DNA of 60,928 nt, the filler included. It is 11 parts of 11 records of this genome, joined end to end, with 100 filler letters (N's around TTAATTAATTAA, not from the genome) between each part and the next. Parts side by side here need not be neighbours in the genome. Positions count along the whole stretch, not along the records: positions 25,368 to 28,981 come from SRR7504441_10451; positions 29,082 to 34,029 come from SRR7504441_10453; positions 34,130 to 42,302 come from SRR7504441_10460; 8 more parts are not named here. One strand, written 5' to 3'. The notes beneath the pieces were generated by a model that saw nothing but the letters and a program-made list of their open reading frames with translations, did no database searches and had not been told where the DNA came from. The position numbers were made by a program, and so were the translations under genes. Position 1 is the first letter of the stretch, and every line of letters begins with the position of its first letter. Positions 25,384-36,120 of this stretch are shown here, piece after piece.

Positions 25384-25739
25384 GGGCAGACACCATCGGG
25401 CCCCACTTGTCCGGGTAGAACTCGTCTTCGTCCAGCCCGTGCACCACCTGGTAGTAGCGGAACGTCCCAAATCCGCCCATCAGACCGGCCGAGGAGAGCG
25501 CAAATATGGTCTACCGGCCGGGTGAGCCGCAGAGCCAGGCTGGGCTACCAGGATGATCGCGTGCCGATTGTCTTCGCTGAGCTTCGCAGCGCCGAACCCG
25601 ATGGCCATCACGGCTGCACCGGCCGGTGGGCGGGCCGGGAGCCGGGCCGGGCACCGAGCGCTGTTCGCATCCAGGCCAGGTAGGTCCGCTCGGCGGCCAG
25701 GTAGTCGGACGGGTCGTTGTCCTTCACCGGCACCACCAT
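25384..25739 (-). CDS. DUF202 (YidH/Vtc1-like) small membrane protein, 3'-partial; not correctly shown in the ORF track
   Basis: Manual translation MVVPVKDNDPSDYLAAERTYLAWMRTAL|AVMAIGFG... across intron 25614-25654, then GFGTFRYY. Matches the LANERTFLAWxRT signature. Confidence 0.8.
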
Positions 25740-25847
25740 CCCCGCCCACACCGGCACCACGCCCGCCTGTGCCTAAGCAACAACGGAAACGAACAAAGCA
25801 GCTGCAAGCAGCAAAGACCCGCAGCGGCGAAGACCTGTGTCGACACG

Positions 25848-27455
25848 ATGGCCTTGCTGCTGTCCGACGAGCTGTGGCGGACCATCCTACTGCTGACGGG
25901 CAGCCCGGACCCGGTGATAGCCGCTGGAGCCGCCCACTCCCTTCTCCGGCGGGTGGTCCGGGACAGCCAGCTCTGGGGCCGTCTGGCTGCTCAGATCGAC
26001 CGCAGCGGCAGCCTCAGGCTGGGCGACCGGCCTGCCCCCGCCCGGGCCGCCCGGGTGCTCAGCGCGGCGGCCTGTCGGTACGTGCGGGGGAGCAAGCTCC
26101 ACTGCTGCCACAGCTGGCCGTTCGATATGGCCGGGCTGCAGCTGTTTGCGTCCGCCGAGCTCGCTGGGCACCACTGCGTGTTCGGCGGCTGGCACGCCCG
26201 GCTGGGCCCGTGCGCTGAGCTGCTGCTCGGCCGGACGGATCAGCTCCCCGGTCGGTCTGCGGACGACGAGACCCTGGTGGCGGGCAGGGCCAACTGGCGT
26301 CTGCCGCGAGAGTCTAGCCTGGCGGACGGCCTCGGCGCTGCTGGCTGGCCGAGCAGACGGTACGGGCACACGCTGACCTTGAGCGGCCCGGCCGGCGAGT
26401 CGGCGCTGCTGGCTGGCGGGCACAGCATGCCTGGTTTCTGGAGTGAAGCGACGTCAGTCTGGCTGCTCCGGCTGGACACCAGTGGGCTGCCAGACTCAGG
26501 CCCGACCGCCCGCTGGGAGCAGATAGAGTCGAGCGAGCTGCTGCTCAGGGCGTACCACTCGGCGGTGACCGTCGACGGGCCTCGGTTCGCGGGAGGCGGC
26601 GTGCTCCTTTTCGGTGGAGCTAACCAGCGCGAGGCTCTTGGCTCGCTCACGTTTTGGAGTCTGACCAGCCAGATTTGCACTGCTGTTCAGACCAGCGGCG
26701 CAGCCCCGAGCCCGCGGGTCGGGCATACAAGCACGGTGGTGGGTGGCTCAATGGTGCTGCTGGGAGGCACTGCAGGCGTCCAGCCCCGGAGCCTGAGCTG
26801 CTGCCCAGACCCGCTGTGTGTGCTGGACTTGCACACACTGGTTTGGTCCAATGTGAACATCCCCGTCGCCTCTTTCCGGCACCTGATCCAAGCCAGCTCG
26901 TTCCACACCGCAGCGTTGGTCGCGAGCAAGTTGCTCGTGTTTGGCGGCGGGGGCAACGGCAGCAGCAGGCTGTTGGTGATGGAGGCTACAGGCTTGACCG
27001 CTGATCAGCCGGAGCTGGTGCTGTCCAAGGTGGAGGCCGAGGGCGAGCACCCGCGCTGTCGGCTGGCACACGGGATGCTGCAGGATGGGCTCGATCTATA
27101 TGTGCTGGGAGGGGTTACCTGGGATGGGAGCGAAATGACCGCGGGCTGCTTGATCCGAATGGTGCCCAGATCGAGCTGCACCAAGATAAAGTTCCAAGGC
27201 AGCCACCAGCCGGAGCCCGAGCCTCTAGTCGACCAAGCCTTGTCGCTCTGTGCCTGGTGTGCCCGGAATGACGGTGTGAGTGATGATGAAATGGACGGCT
27301 TTCCGGTGTTTGGCGAGGGCGAGAGCCAGGAATCGCCGCCCGATAGCTCGGACCCGGATGCTAACAGCTCGACCAGCGGCGATGAGTTGCTGGCCGGGAA
27401 TGTTGACTTGAACGATGACGAGACCGAGAGCAGTCATAGCAACTCGAGCCACTGA
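25848..27455 (+). CDS. F-box-like / Kelch-repeat protein with an acidic tail
   Basis: N-terminal LLLSDELWRTILLL; repeated RxGHT...hhhGG units (RYGHTLT, RAYHSAV..LLFGG, RVGHTST..VLLGG, FHTAA..LVFGG, RLAHG..YVLGG). Confidence 0.8.
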   Translation: MALLLSDELWRTILLLTGSPDPVIAAGAAHSLLRRVVRDSQLWGRLAAQIDRSGSLRLGDRPAPARAARVLSAAACRYVRGSKLHCCHSWPFDMAGLQLFASAELAGHHCVFGGWHARLGPCAELLLGRTDQLPGRSADDETLVAGRANWRLPRESSLADGLGAAGWPSRRYGHTLTLSGPAGESALLAGGHSMPGFWSEATSVWLLRLDTSGLPDSGPTARWEQIESSELLLRAYHSAVTVDGPRFAGGGVLLFGGANQREALGSLTFWSLTSQICTAVQTSGAAPSPRVGHTSTVVGGSMVLLGGTAGVQPRSLSCCPDPLCVLDLHTLVWSNVNIPVASFRHLIQASSFHTAALVASKLLVFGGGGNGSSRLLVMEATGLTADQPELVLSKVEAEGEHPRCRLAHGMLQDGLDLYVLGGVTWDGSEMTAGCLIRMVPRSSCTKIKFQGSHQPEPEPLVDQALSLCAWCARNDGVSDDEMDGFPVFGEGESQESPPDSSDPDANSSTSGDELLAGNVDLNDDETESSHSNSSH

Positions 27456-27680
27456 TGGTTGATCGATCCAAGGACCGGTCTACTGGTTAATTGAGCGATT
27501 GGTCTTGCAAGTACCAGTGTCCATAGCTCCGGAGATTCAATATTAATTTGATGCAGTGTTATAATGAAATGATAGCACAGATCATTGACACTGACATTTT
27601 ATTATTAAACATTTATGTTACATTTAAATGTTTTAATACTTACGTATAGAATACTTGTATGTACAGAGTGTCAGAAGGAT

Positions 27681-28856
27681 CTATGAAATTGAATTCATAT
27701 GCAAAACGTTCCCAACAAAGTATTGTACTGGGATCAACACGGCCAGCTCCGCTAACAACACCACCACAGACATCTGCAGCTCGATGTTCTTCAAGCTGAA
27801 ATCGTCGGCTGCCGGGAACCCAAGCTGCTCCAGGCCGAACCGCTTTCTCTGTTCGCTGAACCCCTTTGCGGCTGCCCGCGATGCGGTGACAAAGAGCGAT
27901 CCTTTGGATGAGCGTCTGCGCCCGCGATGCTGCTCAGATTGGATGGAGGGGCCGCTCAGACCAACGCCCAAGGTTTCCTCGAGCCCTTCGATCCGGCCCG
28001 CGAGGTGATACAGCATCGGCAGCAGCACCAAGTTCCCGACCAGCAAAATAACGCCCGAAAGTGACCCACGGAATAGCGTGCGCTCATACGCCGCGTCCAG
28101 GGCTGCTAGCGCCCAGTCCTGCACACACACACAGCTCGGTCGCTGGCAAGGGGCGGCCTGCACCGAAAAGAGGAGCAGCGTCGCAGTGAAGTGTGCGCGC
28201 CTGTCCGTGTCGTTCTTGTAGATCGCGACGGCAAAGAACGAGGCGGTACACAGGACCGAGATGGCTGGTGCCACCGCCCCGCCCAGCGCGCCGGCGGCCG
28301 CCGCTCCCCCGACAGGTAGGGTGAGCATCCAGGTCTCCCGCCGGAAGTTGCAAGAGCGGGCCATCAGCCCGGACAGGGTGAAGTCGCTCCCGTCCGGATC
28401 CAGGTACAGCCCCCGGCACAGGAATATAAACAGGGTGGACCAGACTAGGTTGTAGCAATCGTGCCACCACTTATAGAACGAGACCCCTCCCGCCGGCTGC
28501 AATTGCGGCTCGGTCCAGCCGATCGCCGACAGCCAGCCGACCGGCGGGCTCGGGCTGGCTGGCTCGCTGGCCGCGTACGCGATGAGCGCCATGACCATCC
28601 AGATGCCCAGCGACTCCAAGTACTTGACGAAGAGCTTGTCCACCGCGTCCAGCTGCCGGGCGTCCTGGGCGGCCTGGGCCAGATGGGCGATCCCGTCCGG
28701 CATCGACTCGAGCGAGGTGAGCTCGGCAAACTCCTGCGCCGAGATCCCCGGCGGGAGTCTCTGCTGCTTTGAGCCCCGCCGGTTGCCGCCCGGACTCAAG
28801 GCTGGACTCAAGGTTGGGCTGTTCCCCTGTTTTCCCACCGGTTGCCCTCGAGCCAT
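27681..28856 (-). CDS. Multi-pass membrane protein of unknown function
   Basis: 391-aa ORF with about 6-7 hydrophobic segments; may hide an in-frame intron near 28120-28160. Confidence 0.6.
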   Translation of the reverse strand: MARGQPVGKQGNSPTLSPALSPGGNRRGSKQQRLPPGISAQEFAELTSLESMPDGIAHLAQAAQDARQLDAVDKLFVKYLESLGIWMVMALIAYAASEPASPSPPVGWLSAIGWTEPQLQPAGGVSFYKWWHDCYNLVWSTLFIFLCRGLYLDPDGSDFTLSGLMARSCNFRRETWMLTLPVGGAAAAGALGGAVAPAISVLCTASFFAVAIYKNDTDRRAHFTATLLLFSVQAAPCQRPSCVCVQDWALAALDAAYERTLFRGSLSGVILLVGNLVLLPMLYHLAGRIEGLEETLGVGLSGPSIQSEQHRGRRRSSKGSLFVTASRAAAKGFSEQRKRFGLEQLGFPAADDFSLKNIELQMSVVVLLAELAVLIPVQYFVGNVLHMNSIS

Positions 28857-28881
28857 CGCTACCGCTGAATTCAGCTGATGA

Positions 28882-28903
28882 GACCGCTGTTACAACAGCG
28901 GTC
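28882..28903. promoter_or_regulatory. Perfect 10-bp inverted repeat upstream of an ATG (paired MYB-like sites)
   Basis: GACCGCTGTT-AC-AACAGCGGTC, about 25 nt upstream of the ATG at 28856. Confidence 0.4.
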
Positions 28904-28981
28904 GGTTGAGAACTTGAGATTGCCCACTGCATGTCTGCGGCGACTGGCGGCGGTGGAGAGTGAGGCTGTGTCAGTCATGCG

Positions 28982-29081
28982 NNNNNNNNNNNNNNNNNNN
29001 NNNNNNNNNNNNNNNNNNNNNNNNNTTAATTAATTAANNNNNNNNNNNNNNNNNNNNNNNNNNNNNNNNNNNNNNNNNNNN
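28982..29081. other. Artificial contig linker
   Basis: N44-TTAATTAATTAA-N44. Confidence 0.99.
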
Positions 29082-29542
29082 GGCCGGGCTGGTGCTCGGG
29101 CTGGTGCTGATAGGCTTCAGCCGGCGGCCGCAGCTGGCCGGGCCGGGGTACATCGGGCTGCTCGCGGCGGCGGTCTACTGGAGGCAGGCCGATTGGAGCA
29201 GGTCCGGGGCCAGCTGGGTGAACCGAACTCGGGGCAGGGAGCAAACTGTCAAGGTGCAGTCAATGCTGGACAGCAGGAGCCTCGCGTGCCTAAGCTGCTA
29301 TTCAGGCTGTGCTCACGGGGGACAGGTTCTGTGCGGGCACGTTGCGGATGGTGGAATGGGCTGTCTTTGTGATCCTGCCGGTGGTGTGGCTGGTGTTAGC
29401 GTCCAGCAAAGTGGCGACTATGCAGAAGTCGATGGGCCGTGATCCGCAGGAGCAAGTGGGCTTGGGTGCATCCCTCGCCATGGTGCTCACCAGCATGCTG
29501 CCGACCATTTATTTCCTTATGATCGATGATACTCGCCCTTAA
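29082..29542 (+). CDS. Membrane protein, 3' fragment
   Basis: Hydrophobic exons (GLVLGLVLIGF..., WAVFVILPVVWLVL..., LAMVLTSMLPTIYFL) ending TAA before an AT-rich tract. Confidence 0.45.
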
Positions 29543-29769
29543 ATTGTTGACATTGATGCATTAATTTTGTTTTTTAAATTGATCACCGCATGCGCTGTAG
29601 TAGCGCAGTAGATTTACCTTCAACTTGACTTCACAAAAGGACCCTGTCAGCTCCCAAGATTACCAGAGCGCGCAACCTGCCGCCGCTGTCACTTTGACGG
29701 TTGGGCGGAGGCCTAGGGCTGCCGGCGGCGGGGAGGCAGTCGCGCCGTAGCTCCAGGCAGTCACCAACC

Positions 29770-30183
29770 ATGCCGTACGAGCACTCGTCGACAGAGTGAG
29801 CCCGGGTCCTTGAAGTATCGATGGTCGGGTGGCGCCGCTGCGGGCTCGGCGTGTCTGGTGGCGTCTGCACAAATTCGTCTATGGCATTCAGCGGCATTCC
29901 GGCCATGTCATCTGGGGACGAGTGCCGCCTGCTGTATCGCTGTATCTCGTCATCCGGGTCATGGCGCCGGGGCTGTGTTGCCCATCGGTGCTTGGATGCC
30001 CTAGCTGGCTTACTTGATGGTTCACAACTCGACTCTTCACGACTGGCCACTATCAAAGCCCATGTCGAGGGACTGTTAGGACACACCTTAGGACACACAG
30101 CTCCACCTCCACCAGCAGCTGCAGAGGAGGCGCCAGTTGACACGGCTCCACCGCCACCACCAGCTTTAGAGGAGGTTGAATGA
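29770..30183 (+). CDS. Small hypothetical protein with a Pro/Ala/Glu-rich tail
   Basis: ORF ending ...PPPPPALEEVE-TGA before an AT-rich spacer; start uncertain. Confidence 0.3.
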
Positions 30184-30561
30184 GTATTTGGCATTACTTT
30201 ACACCCCTCCTATCTAATTCTTAAAAACATGATCAATCAATACTACGTACATACTGCCTGACGAACTCGTAATTGTTGTACAAGAATTGATTCATTCAAT
30301 CTATGACTCAACTCGATCTTCAGTTTCAGTAGCAAATGGCAAGTGAGTACCACGTAGCTATCACCTTCATGCTAGCTAGGCCTTCCTGTGCAGAAGATCC
30401 AAGATACTACTTGTGTGAAAGTGAGAGCCAAACGGCGTGTGAGCCGGAGGTTGCGAGATAGTGAAGACTCGGGGGGTCTGGACGGGGCTCACAGGAGGGC
30501 TCACAGTCACAGTCACAGGCGTGACGCTGCAGCCCAGATCAGGAGGCGCAGGAGCTCAAGG

Positions 30562-32352
30562 TCACCTGGTTAGCAGCGGCGGGTGGTGGTGGTGGTGATG
30601 GTGGACTACAGTTGTCCTTCCTGGCGAGTTAGACCGGCTTCCGGCCTCAGTCGCGCTAATATCTTGATCCTGCAACGCACGCGACTCAGACTGACCAACC
30701 GACTCCAGACGCACCAGCACATGGCGAGGAGTGATCAGAGCTCTTCCCCTCATACCGCTCCGCGCTGCCTGGCGAGTCGCCTCAAGCTTGAGGCTGCGAA
30801 CCCGCTCCGCCTCGCGCAGCTCCCATATACGCCGAGCCTCGTACTCGTCCCAGACTGTATCTGCGCTGCCCTGGTAGATCCGCTCTGATAGCTTTTCTTG
30901 CTCCATCCTCCGCAACTCAATCACGTCGCTACTGCCTCGCGCCTCAGCCTCCTCCAGCAGGCGCTGTTGTCGCTGAGCCTCGGCTTCATCCCAGACCGAC
31001 CACTTGTCGTGCCGCTGCAAGTGCAGCGGGTCTAGACTTTCGGCCGCCTTCTCCTCCTCAGCGGCCAGCATTGCCTCCTCAGCGATCCTCCTCCTGGCCG
31101 CCTCGGCCGCCTCGGCTGCAGCCCTTCGCTTTGCTGTCTCCGCCGCTTCCTCGGCTCTCCGGCGCGCCACGGCCGCCTCGTGCTCCGCCCGGCGTCGCTG
31201 GTCCGCAGCTGCCTCCTCCTCTCTCCGCCTGCGATACGCAGCCTCGTCGCCCCCAGTGGATCGCCGGCTGGCAGAGGTGGCTGATGCCGCAGACGCGGCG
31301 GCGGCAGCAGCGGCAGCGGCTGCATCTGCGGCAACGGCAGTGTCTGCGGCCGCTGCGCTCCAGTCGACACTCGGAGCAGCAGCTCCAGGGCGACCACGAC
31401 CACGAAACTTCTTCATCCACGCGTACTCAGTCCTGCCACACGCCTCAGCGCACACCCAGCCAACCACCCACTTGTGCGGCGGCGTCACATCAGCGCCGGC
31501 GCCACTAGCTGGTTCGCTAGTCACTGGAGCTTCTGCCCTGGGCGAAGCCACTCGGGGTGATGTTGCCCTGGGCGAAGCAGGTCTTGGGGACGCCCCGCCT
31601 CGGGGTGAGACACCCTTCCACTCGTGGTAGGCCGAGAAGGACGAAGATGGCGGCTCGAACTGTCAGCCAGTGAGCCAGGCGAGCTGCGTAGGCCGCACCT
31701 CTGTCTGCTCGATATTCTTTGTCACCTTCTTATCCCTTAGGCCACGAGGGCTGCTCGCACCGGCTTCCCTCCGAGGGGTGCTGCCGCCCCTCCGAGGCGA
31801 GCCGGCATGACCAGCCCCAGCAAGCTCAGGGTCCTGGGCGGCCTGGACGGTAGGGCTGGCTGGAGGACTCCGCTTCCAGTCGTGGTAAGAGTCAAACCCG
31901 GAGGAAAGCTCGGGCTGCAGATCGGTCTGCGGGATCCCGCCGTACACCCCGCGATCGTGCCCCCGGGGGGTGCGCGGGCTGGGACGCACACCCGCGGGGG
32001 GCTGGGCTTTGGAGACGTCGAGGCGAGGCAGTGCTGGGGCCGAGTTTTGCTGCGTCTGGCGCTGTTTCCACTCATCGTAGGTGTCGAAGTTGGTTTCGGC
32101 TTCTGGATTGAAGCTGGTCTGGGGGATGTGGTCGGTCACGCTGTGGTCCAGCTTGTCCTTGCCCTCGAGCATGATCCGGGTGGTGCGAGGGCTGCGCGGG
32201 CTGCTCGGCCGGTTGTACTCAATCTCCTCGGGATCGAAGTAGGCCAGGCCGGACTGCGCCTTGAATGTCTTGGGCACCGGGTCCGCATCCACCCGCCCGG
32301 TCTGCTTGTACATCTTGTACGCCGGGAACGCTTCCGGAGACGACCTCGGCAT
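30562..32352 (-). CDS. Low-complexity repeat protein (three IxQT...FxxYxEWK repeats, many SPR/TPR motifs, E/R/A-rich helix)
   Basis: ORFs 31663-32352 and 30562-31551 join via GT-AG intron 31660-31698; the 3' end may extend to about 30377. Confidence 0.6.
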
Positions 32353-32501
32353 CCTTGCAACCGCTTACAGCTACCCGCCGTTTCTTCAGATCATCTCCAA
32401 CGGCATAGACGGCTAAGTACAATACGTGGGGATCAATATACGTACAGTAGGATCAACAATTACCAAGCATTTGATTCGAGTTCGTAAATCGTTACTTAAC
32501 A

Positions 32502-33701
32502 CTAGCCGTACACGCATCCGTAGCCTATACACGCGCAGATCGTCAAGGTAAGCACCGCCACCACGTATTGCGCGAAATAGATTATAGACAGCTCCTCAGT
32601 GGCTTTGGTCCTACCGTACTGCATGCAAATCCCCATGATCGTATCGGCGCTCGGACCGGCCGCTTCAAGTATCAGCAGGAACTTCATTAGGTCCCTGTCA
32701 TCCTTGTCCATCTCGCCAGGGATTGTTTTGTCCGCCAGCAGGATCACAAGCGGAACACTAACTGCCGGGATTATTACCATTTTAGTCAGTACCAAGGCCG
32801 CTGTCTGCCGCCAGCTCAACTGGACCGAATCGCCCTGGCTACTGACCGGGGCTGGGTCAGGCTTCTGCGCGATCGGGTTGGCTGTGACTTCCATCTCTAC
32901 CGGCCTCTCTTTCGGCTGGCTCCATCCTGCCCAGGTGCTCCCGAGGGCGGCCCCAACCAGCACATTCAGCGTGCCGATCAACGGTCCCCCCAGCACGCGG
33001 GCGGCCGAGCTGGCGAACAGCAGCTCCGGCTCAGGCCCAAAGAACCGATCGTGAATCGGGCCCACCAGCCCCATCAGCAGCCCAGCGTAGGTCGCGATCA
33101 TCGGCGGGTTGCACAGCCCCTTGGTGAGCACCAGCTGGCAACGGCCCTCCGGGGGCTGGCCCGGCAGCGGCTGGTAGAGCGCTAGACTGCACAGCCCGAG
33201 CAGGAACGGCAGCCAGGCCAGGTTGTAGATGAACAGGAAGGCGGTTGCCCTCTCCATGCAGCGGAGGTCGTCGCCGTAACGGACCTGGTCGAGCGGGCTG
33301 GCGGCGCAAACTGGCTCGATCATCACCAACGGCAGCCCCAGCGAATTAGTCGAGGTGAGTGCTAGCACCGCCACCATCCGAAAGTCGCTCGGCAGTCGCG
33401 CGAACCAGACCACCACTGCGCCGATCAGGAAGTTGAGCCCGATGTGGATCGCCCCCCACACCGCGAGCGCCCATGCCCCGTCGGCCAGCAGCTCGGCCGA
33501 CAGGTTGGCTCCCAGACTCACCGCGATCAGCGCCGGCATGAACACGCCCATCGCCAGCCGCCCAAGCTGCCGGCGGGTCGGCCGGTCGAGCGTAGGATCG
33601 CCCATCGGGAGCAGGGCGAGGGCGGCCCCGAGCACCAGGACTGAGCTGTACGTCAGGCTGATCTGCACCCCGCGTACTGCCACCGTCCCAATGTCCACCA
33701 T
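32502..33701 (-). CDS. Auxin efflux carrier family (PILS-like, Mem_trans) transporter
   Basis: 5+5 TM layout; GVFMPALI, STNSLGLPLVMI, LCNPPMIAT, VLVGAAL, KMVIIP, LEAAGPSA match AEC/PILS signatures. Confidence 0.85.
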   Translation of the reverse strand: MVDIGTVAVRGVQISLTYSSVLVLGAALALLPMGDPTLDRPTRRQLGRLAMGVFMPALIAVSLGANLSAELLADGAWALAVWGAIHIGLNFLIGAVVVWFARLPSDFRMVAVLALTSTNSLGLPLVMIEPVCAASPLDQVRYGDDLRCMERATAFLFIYNLAWLPFLLGLCSLALYQPLPGQPPEGRCQLVLTKGLCNPPMIATYAGLLMGLVGPIHDRFFGPEPELLFASSAARVLGGPLIGTLNVLVGAALGSTWAGWSQPKERPVEMEVTANPIAQKPDPAPVSSQGDSVQLSWRQTAALVLTKMVIIPAVSVPLVILLADKTIPGEMDKDDRDLMKFLLILEAAGPSADTIMGICMQYGRTKATEELSIIYFAQYVVAVLTLTICACIGYGCVYG

Positions 33702-33792
33702 CCCGCCCCGGGTGGCTGCTGCAGCTGCCGAAAACACCGGCCCGGCGACGGTTGCGCTGCAGCAGGCTCGGCGGGCGGCCAGCCCGTCCAGT

Positions 33793-34029
33793 ATGCGCAG
33801 GGCTAGCCCAGACGCAGCAGATGCCGCGGGGCTGGCCCGGCGGATCATGAAAAAGGCCGACCGTCACTCGCAGAACGGGGTGCTCAGCCTGACCGAGCTG
33901 CGCACCTTCCTGCCAGACCACCCGTTCACTGTGTGGCTCACCAGCCAGCGCGGCCGGCTCCTCCGGTACGACGCCAACAAGGACGGCGGGATCTCGATGC
34001 GCGAGCTCGAACGGGCCTGTGCCGACTAC
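33793..34029 (+). CDS. EF-hand protein, 5' fragment
   Basis: Canonical loop DANKDGGISMRE and a degenerate loop DRHSQNGVLSLTE; truncated by the contig end. Confidence 0.7.
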
Positions 34030-34129
34030 NNNNNNNNNNNNNNNNNNNNNNNNNNNNNNNNNNNNNNNNNNNNTTAATTAATTAANNNNNNNNNNNNNNN
34101 NNNNNNNNNNNNNNNNNNNNNNNNNNNNN
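34030..34129. other. Artificial contig linker
   Basis: N44-TTAATTAATTAA-N44. Confidence 0.99.
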
Positions 34130-35773
34130 TGCCCCTTCGTCTTCATCGTCGCTCGGTCCCTCTGGGTCATAGTCATCGTCAGATTCCGACTCCTCTGCGC
34201 CACCATTCCCCGCCTTCTCGGCTGCCGCCTCCTGCGCGGCTGGTTGATCCGACGGCTTGGCCTCCTCAGGCTCTGCTGCCTCCTCAGGCTCCTCCTCCTC
34301 CTCATCGTCGTCCGACCCAGCAGCCGCACTGGAGCTAATCAGCCCTGCCACCCTTCTCAACTGCCCACACCGCACAGCGCCGCACCCTTGGAGGTCATCT
34401 TCCTGAAATACTTGGCCACGCCCTCGTACTCGCCCTCGTCGATCATCGAGAAGTCCAGCTTCTTACCGCTCTGCGAGCCACTCAGTCTGAAACTGCCTAC
34501 GAGCCCACCTTCAGCAGGAAGTTAATCTCAAAACTCCGCCCCACACTGGTGATCTCGTACTTGTCTATCTCGGCCGCTTCAAGGAAGGTGTATGGCTTTG
34601 AGAAGCACATGCCGACCCTGTAGAAGAACAGCAGCCCGTCCTGTGACAGAGTGAGCCCAAAGCACTGGACCGAGCCACACCTGGGCCCCCTTGTAGCACT
34701 TGAGCGACAGCCCGCCTTTGCTGTTGTGGTATGTCTTTAGCGACGGCGCAGAGGGCGACGAGCCGCACAGTGCCTTAAAGCAGCTGCAGAGCACCTCTCG
34801 CAAGGAACCCGAGAGACTGGCCCAGGCGTCAGGCGGGGGTGCACATCCAACGGGGCTCACCTTTCCGGGAGCGGGGCCACGGGTTTGTCGACAGTGCACT
34901 GGTCGGCGTCCGGTACAGAGATGATGACCTGGTGGACTGTCTGCTTGAGGTACGGCACCGAGGCCTTGAGAGCGAGCACAATCAGGGTCTTCTTCTCTGT
35001 CGGGGCCAGAGGCAGCTGGAACATGTGCGCTATGTTGTCGTAGTGCACCACCAAGTCGCCGCTCTTCCCCCGGAAGCACGCCACGCTCTCAGAGAACGAC
35101 ACCTGCTACAGGCTCGACCGGCAGCCCCGGCACACGGTCCACACCTCAAACCGTCCGCGGGGTGTGGCCAGGCTGAGGTTGGCGATCGGAGCCGCGGTGA
35201 GCAGTTTGGCCTGGCTCAGGTCGAACGACTCGACTTTGGCCTGCGCCTTGAGCTTGGACTGCTGCCCGTCCAGCGCCGCGCTCGCCTGCCGCACCCAGCT
35301 CACAGGCAGCCGGCGACGGGACGCACGCTTTGGACCAGATCGAGCAGGCACCCGACCAGCTCGCCGCAGCCCACCGGCGCCTCGCCCGCCAGCTTGCCCA
35401 CCGCGGCCATCAGCCGGGGTGTGACGGTCCCTGCGAACCCGCTCCGCTCGAGCAACTGTCCCAGCCGCTTCCTGTCGGCCGCCGCGGCCTCGAGCTGCTG
35501 CGGGCAAGGCTTGACCGCAGGCTCCTTGGCCGCCGGTTTCGCCGCCGACTCCTTGGCTTTGGCCACAGGCTCCTTGGCCGCCGGTTTGGCCGCCGGCGCC
35601 TGGGCTGGCTCGGATTTGCGCTTCACACCGGCGGTCTGCGCAGGCGGCGCCTGGTTGACTCGGTTCTCCTTGTCGCTGGCGGTGGCTGGCTCGGGCGGCG
35701 GCACAGGCTCCGGCTTTTTGGCCGCCGGCGCTTTGGCCGCCGGCGCTTTGGCTTTGATCAGCCACGAATCCAT
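34130..35773 (-). CDS. SSRP1/Pob3 middle-domain (Rtt106-like double-PH) histone chaperone-like protein with an acidic tail; 3'-partial, multi-exon
   Basis: LATPRGRFEV; YDNIAHMFQLP; LIVLALKASV; LKCYKGAQ; LDFSMIDEGEY; D/E-rich tail with DDDYDP; N-terminal PAAK repeats. Confidence 0.7.
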
Positions 35774-36120
35774 TTATTTCCCGGGGTATCTCGGTTTGAA
35801 TTTTCGGGCCCGCGGACTCGGTTTGACTGTGCGGTCGCGGGGCGGGGAGGCGGTGACCGGGTGCAGTCTGGGCGGACTGCGCTGGACCTTGCGGCGAGGG
35901 AGGACCACTGTGAGACAGTGGCGGTGCTGCGAGCGGTGAGGGCGGCGAGGGTGGCGGTGACGGGCGGAGCAGGCGGAGGAGACCAAGTGAATGATCGGCC
36001 ATTGCAATAATCGCGTTTAACTAGGCTCAGGCAAGCCAACGAAACCGACGATAAGACGCATGCGTGACAACGTGATAACTCAGCAGCTTTGCATACTGTA
36101 TTTTAATAATTAAATGCATC

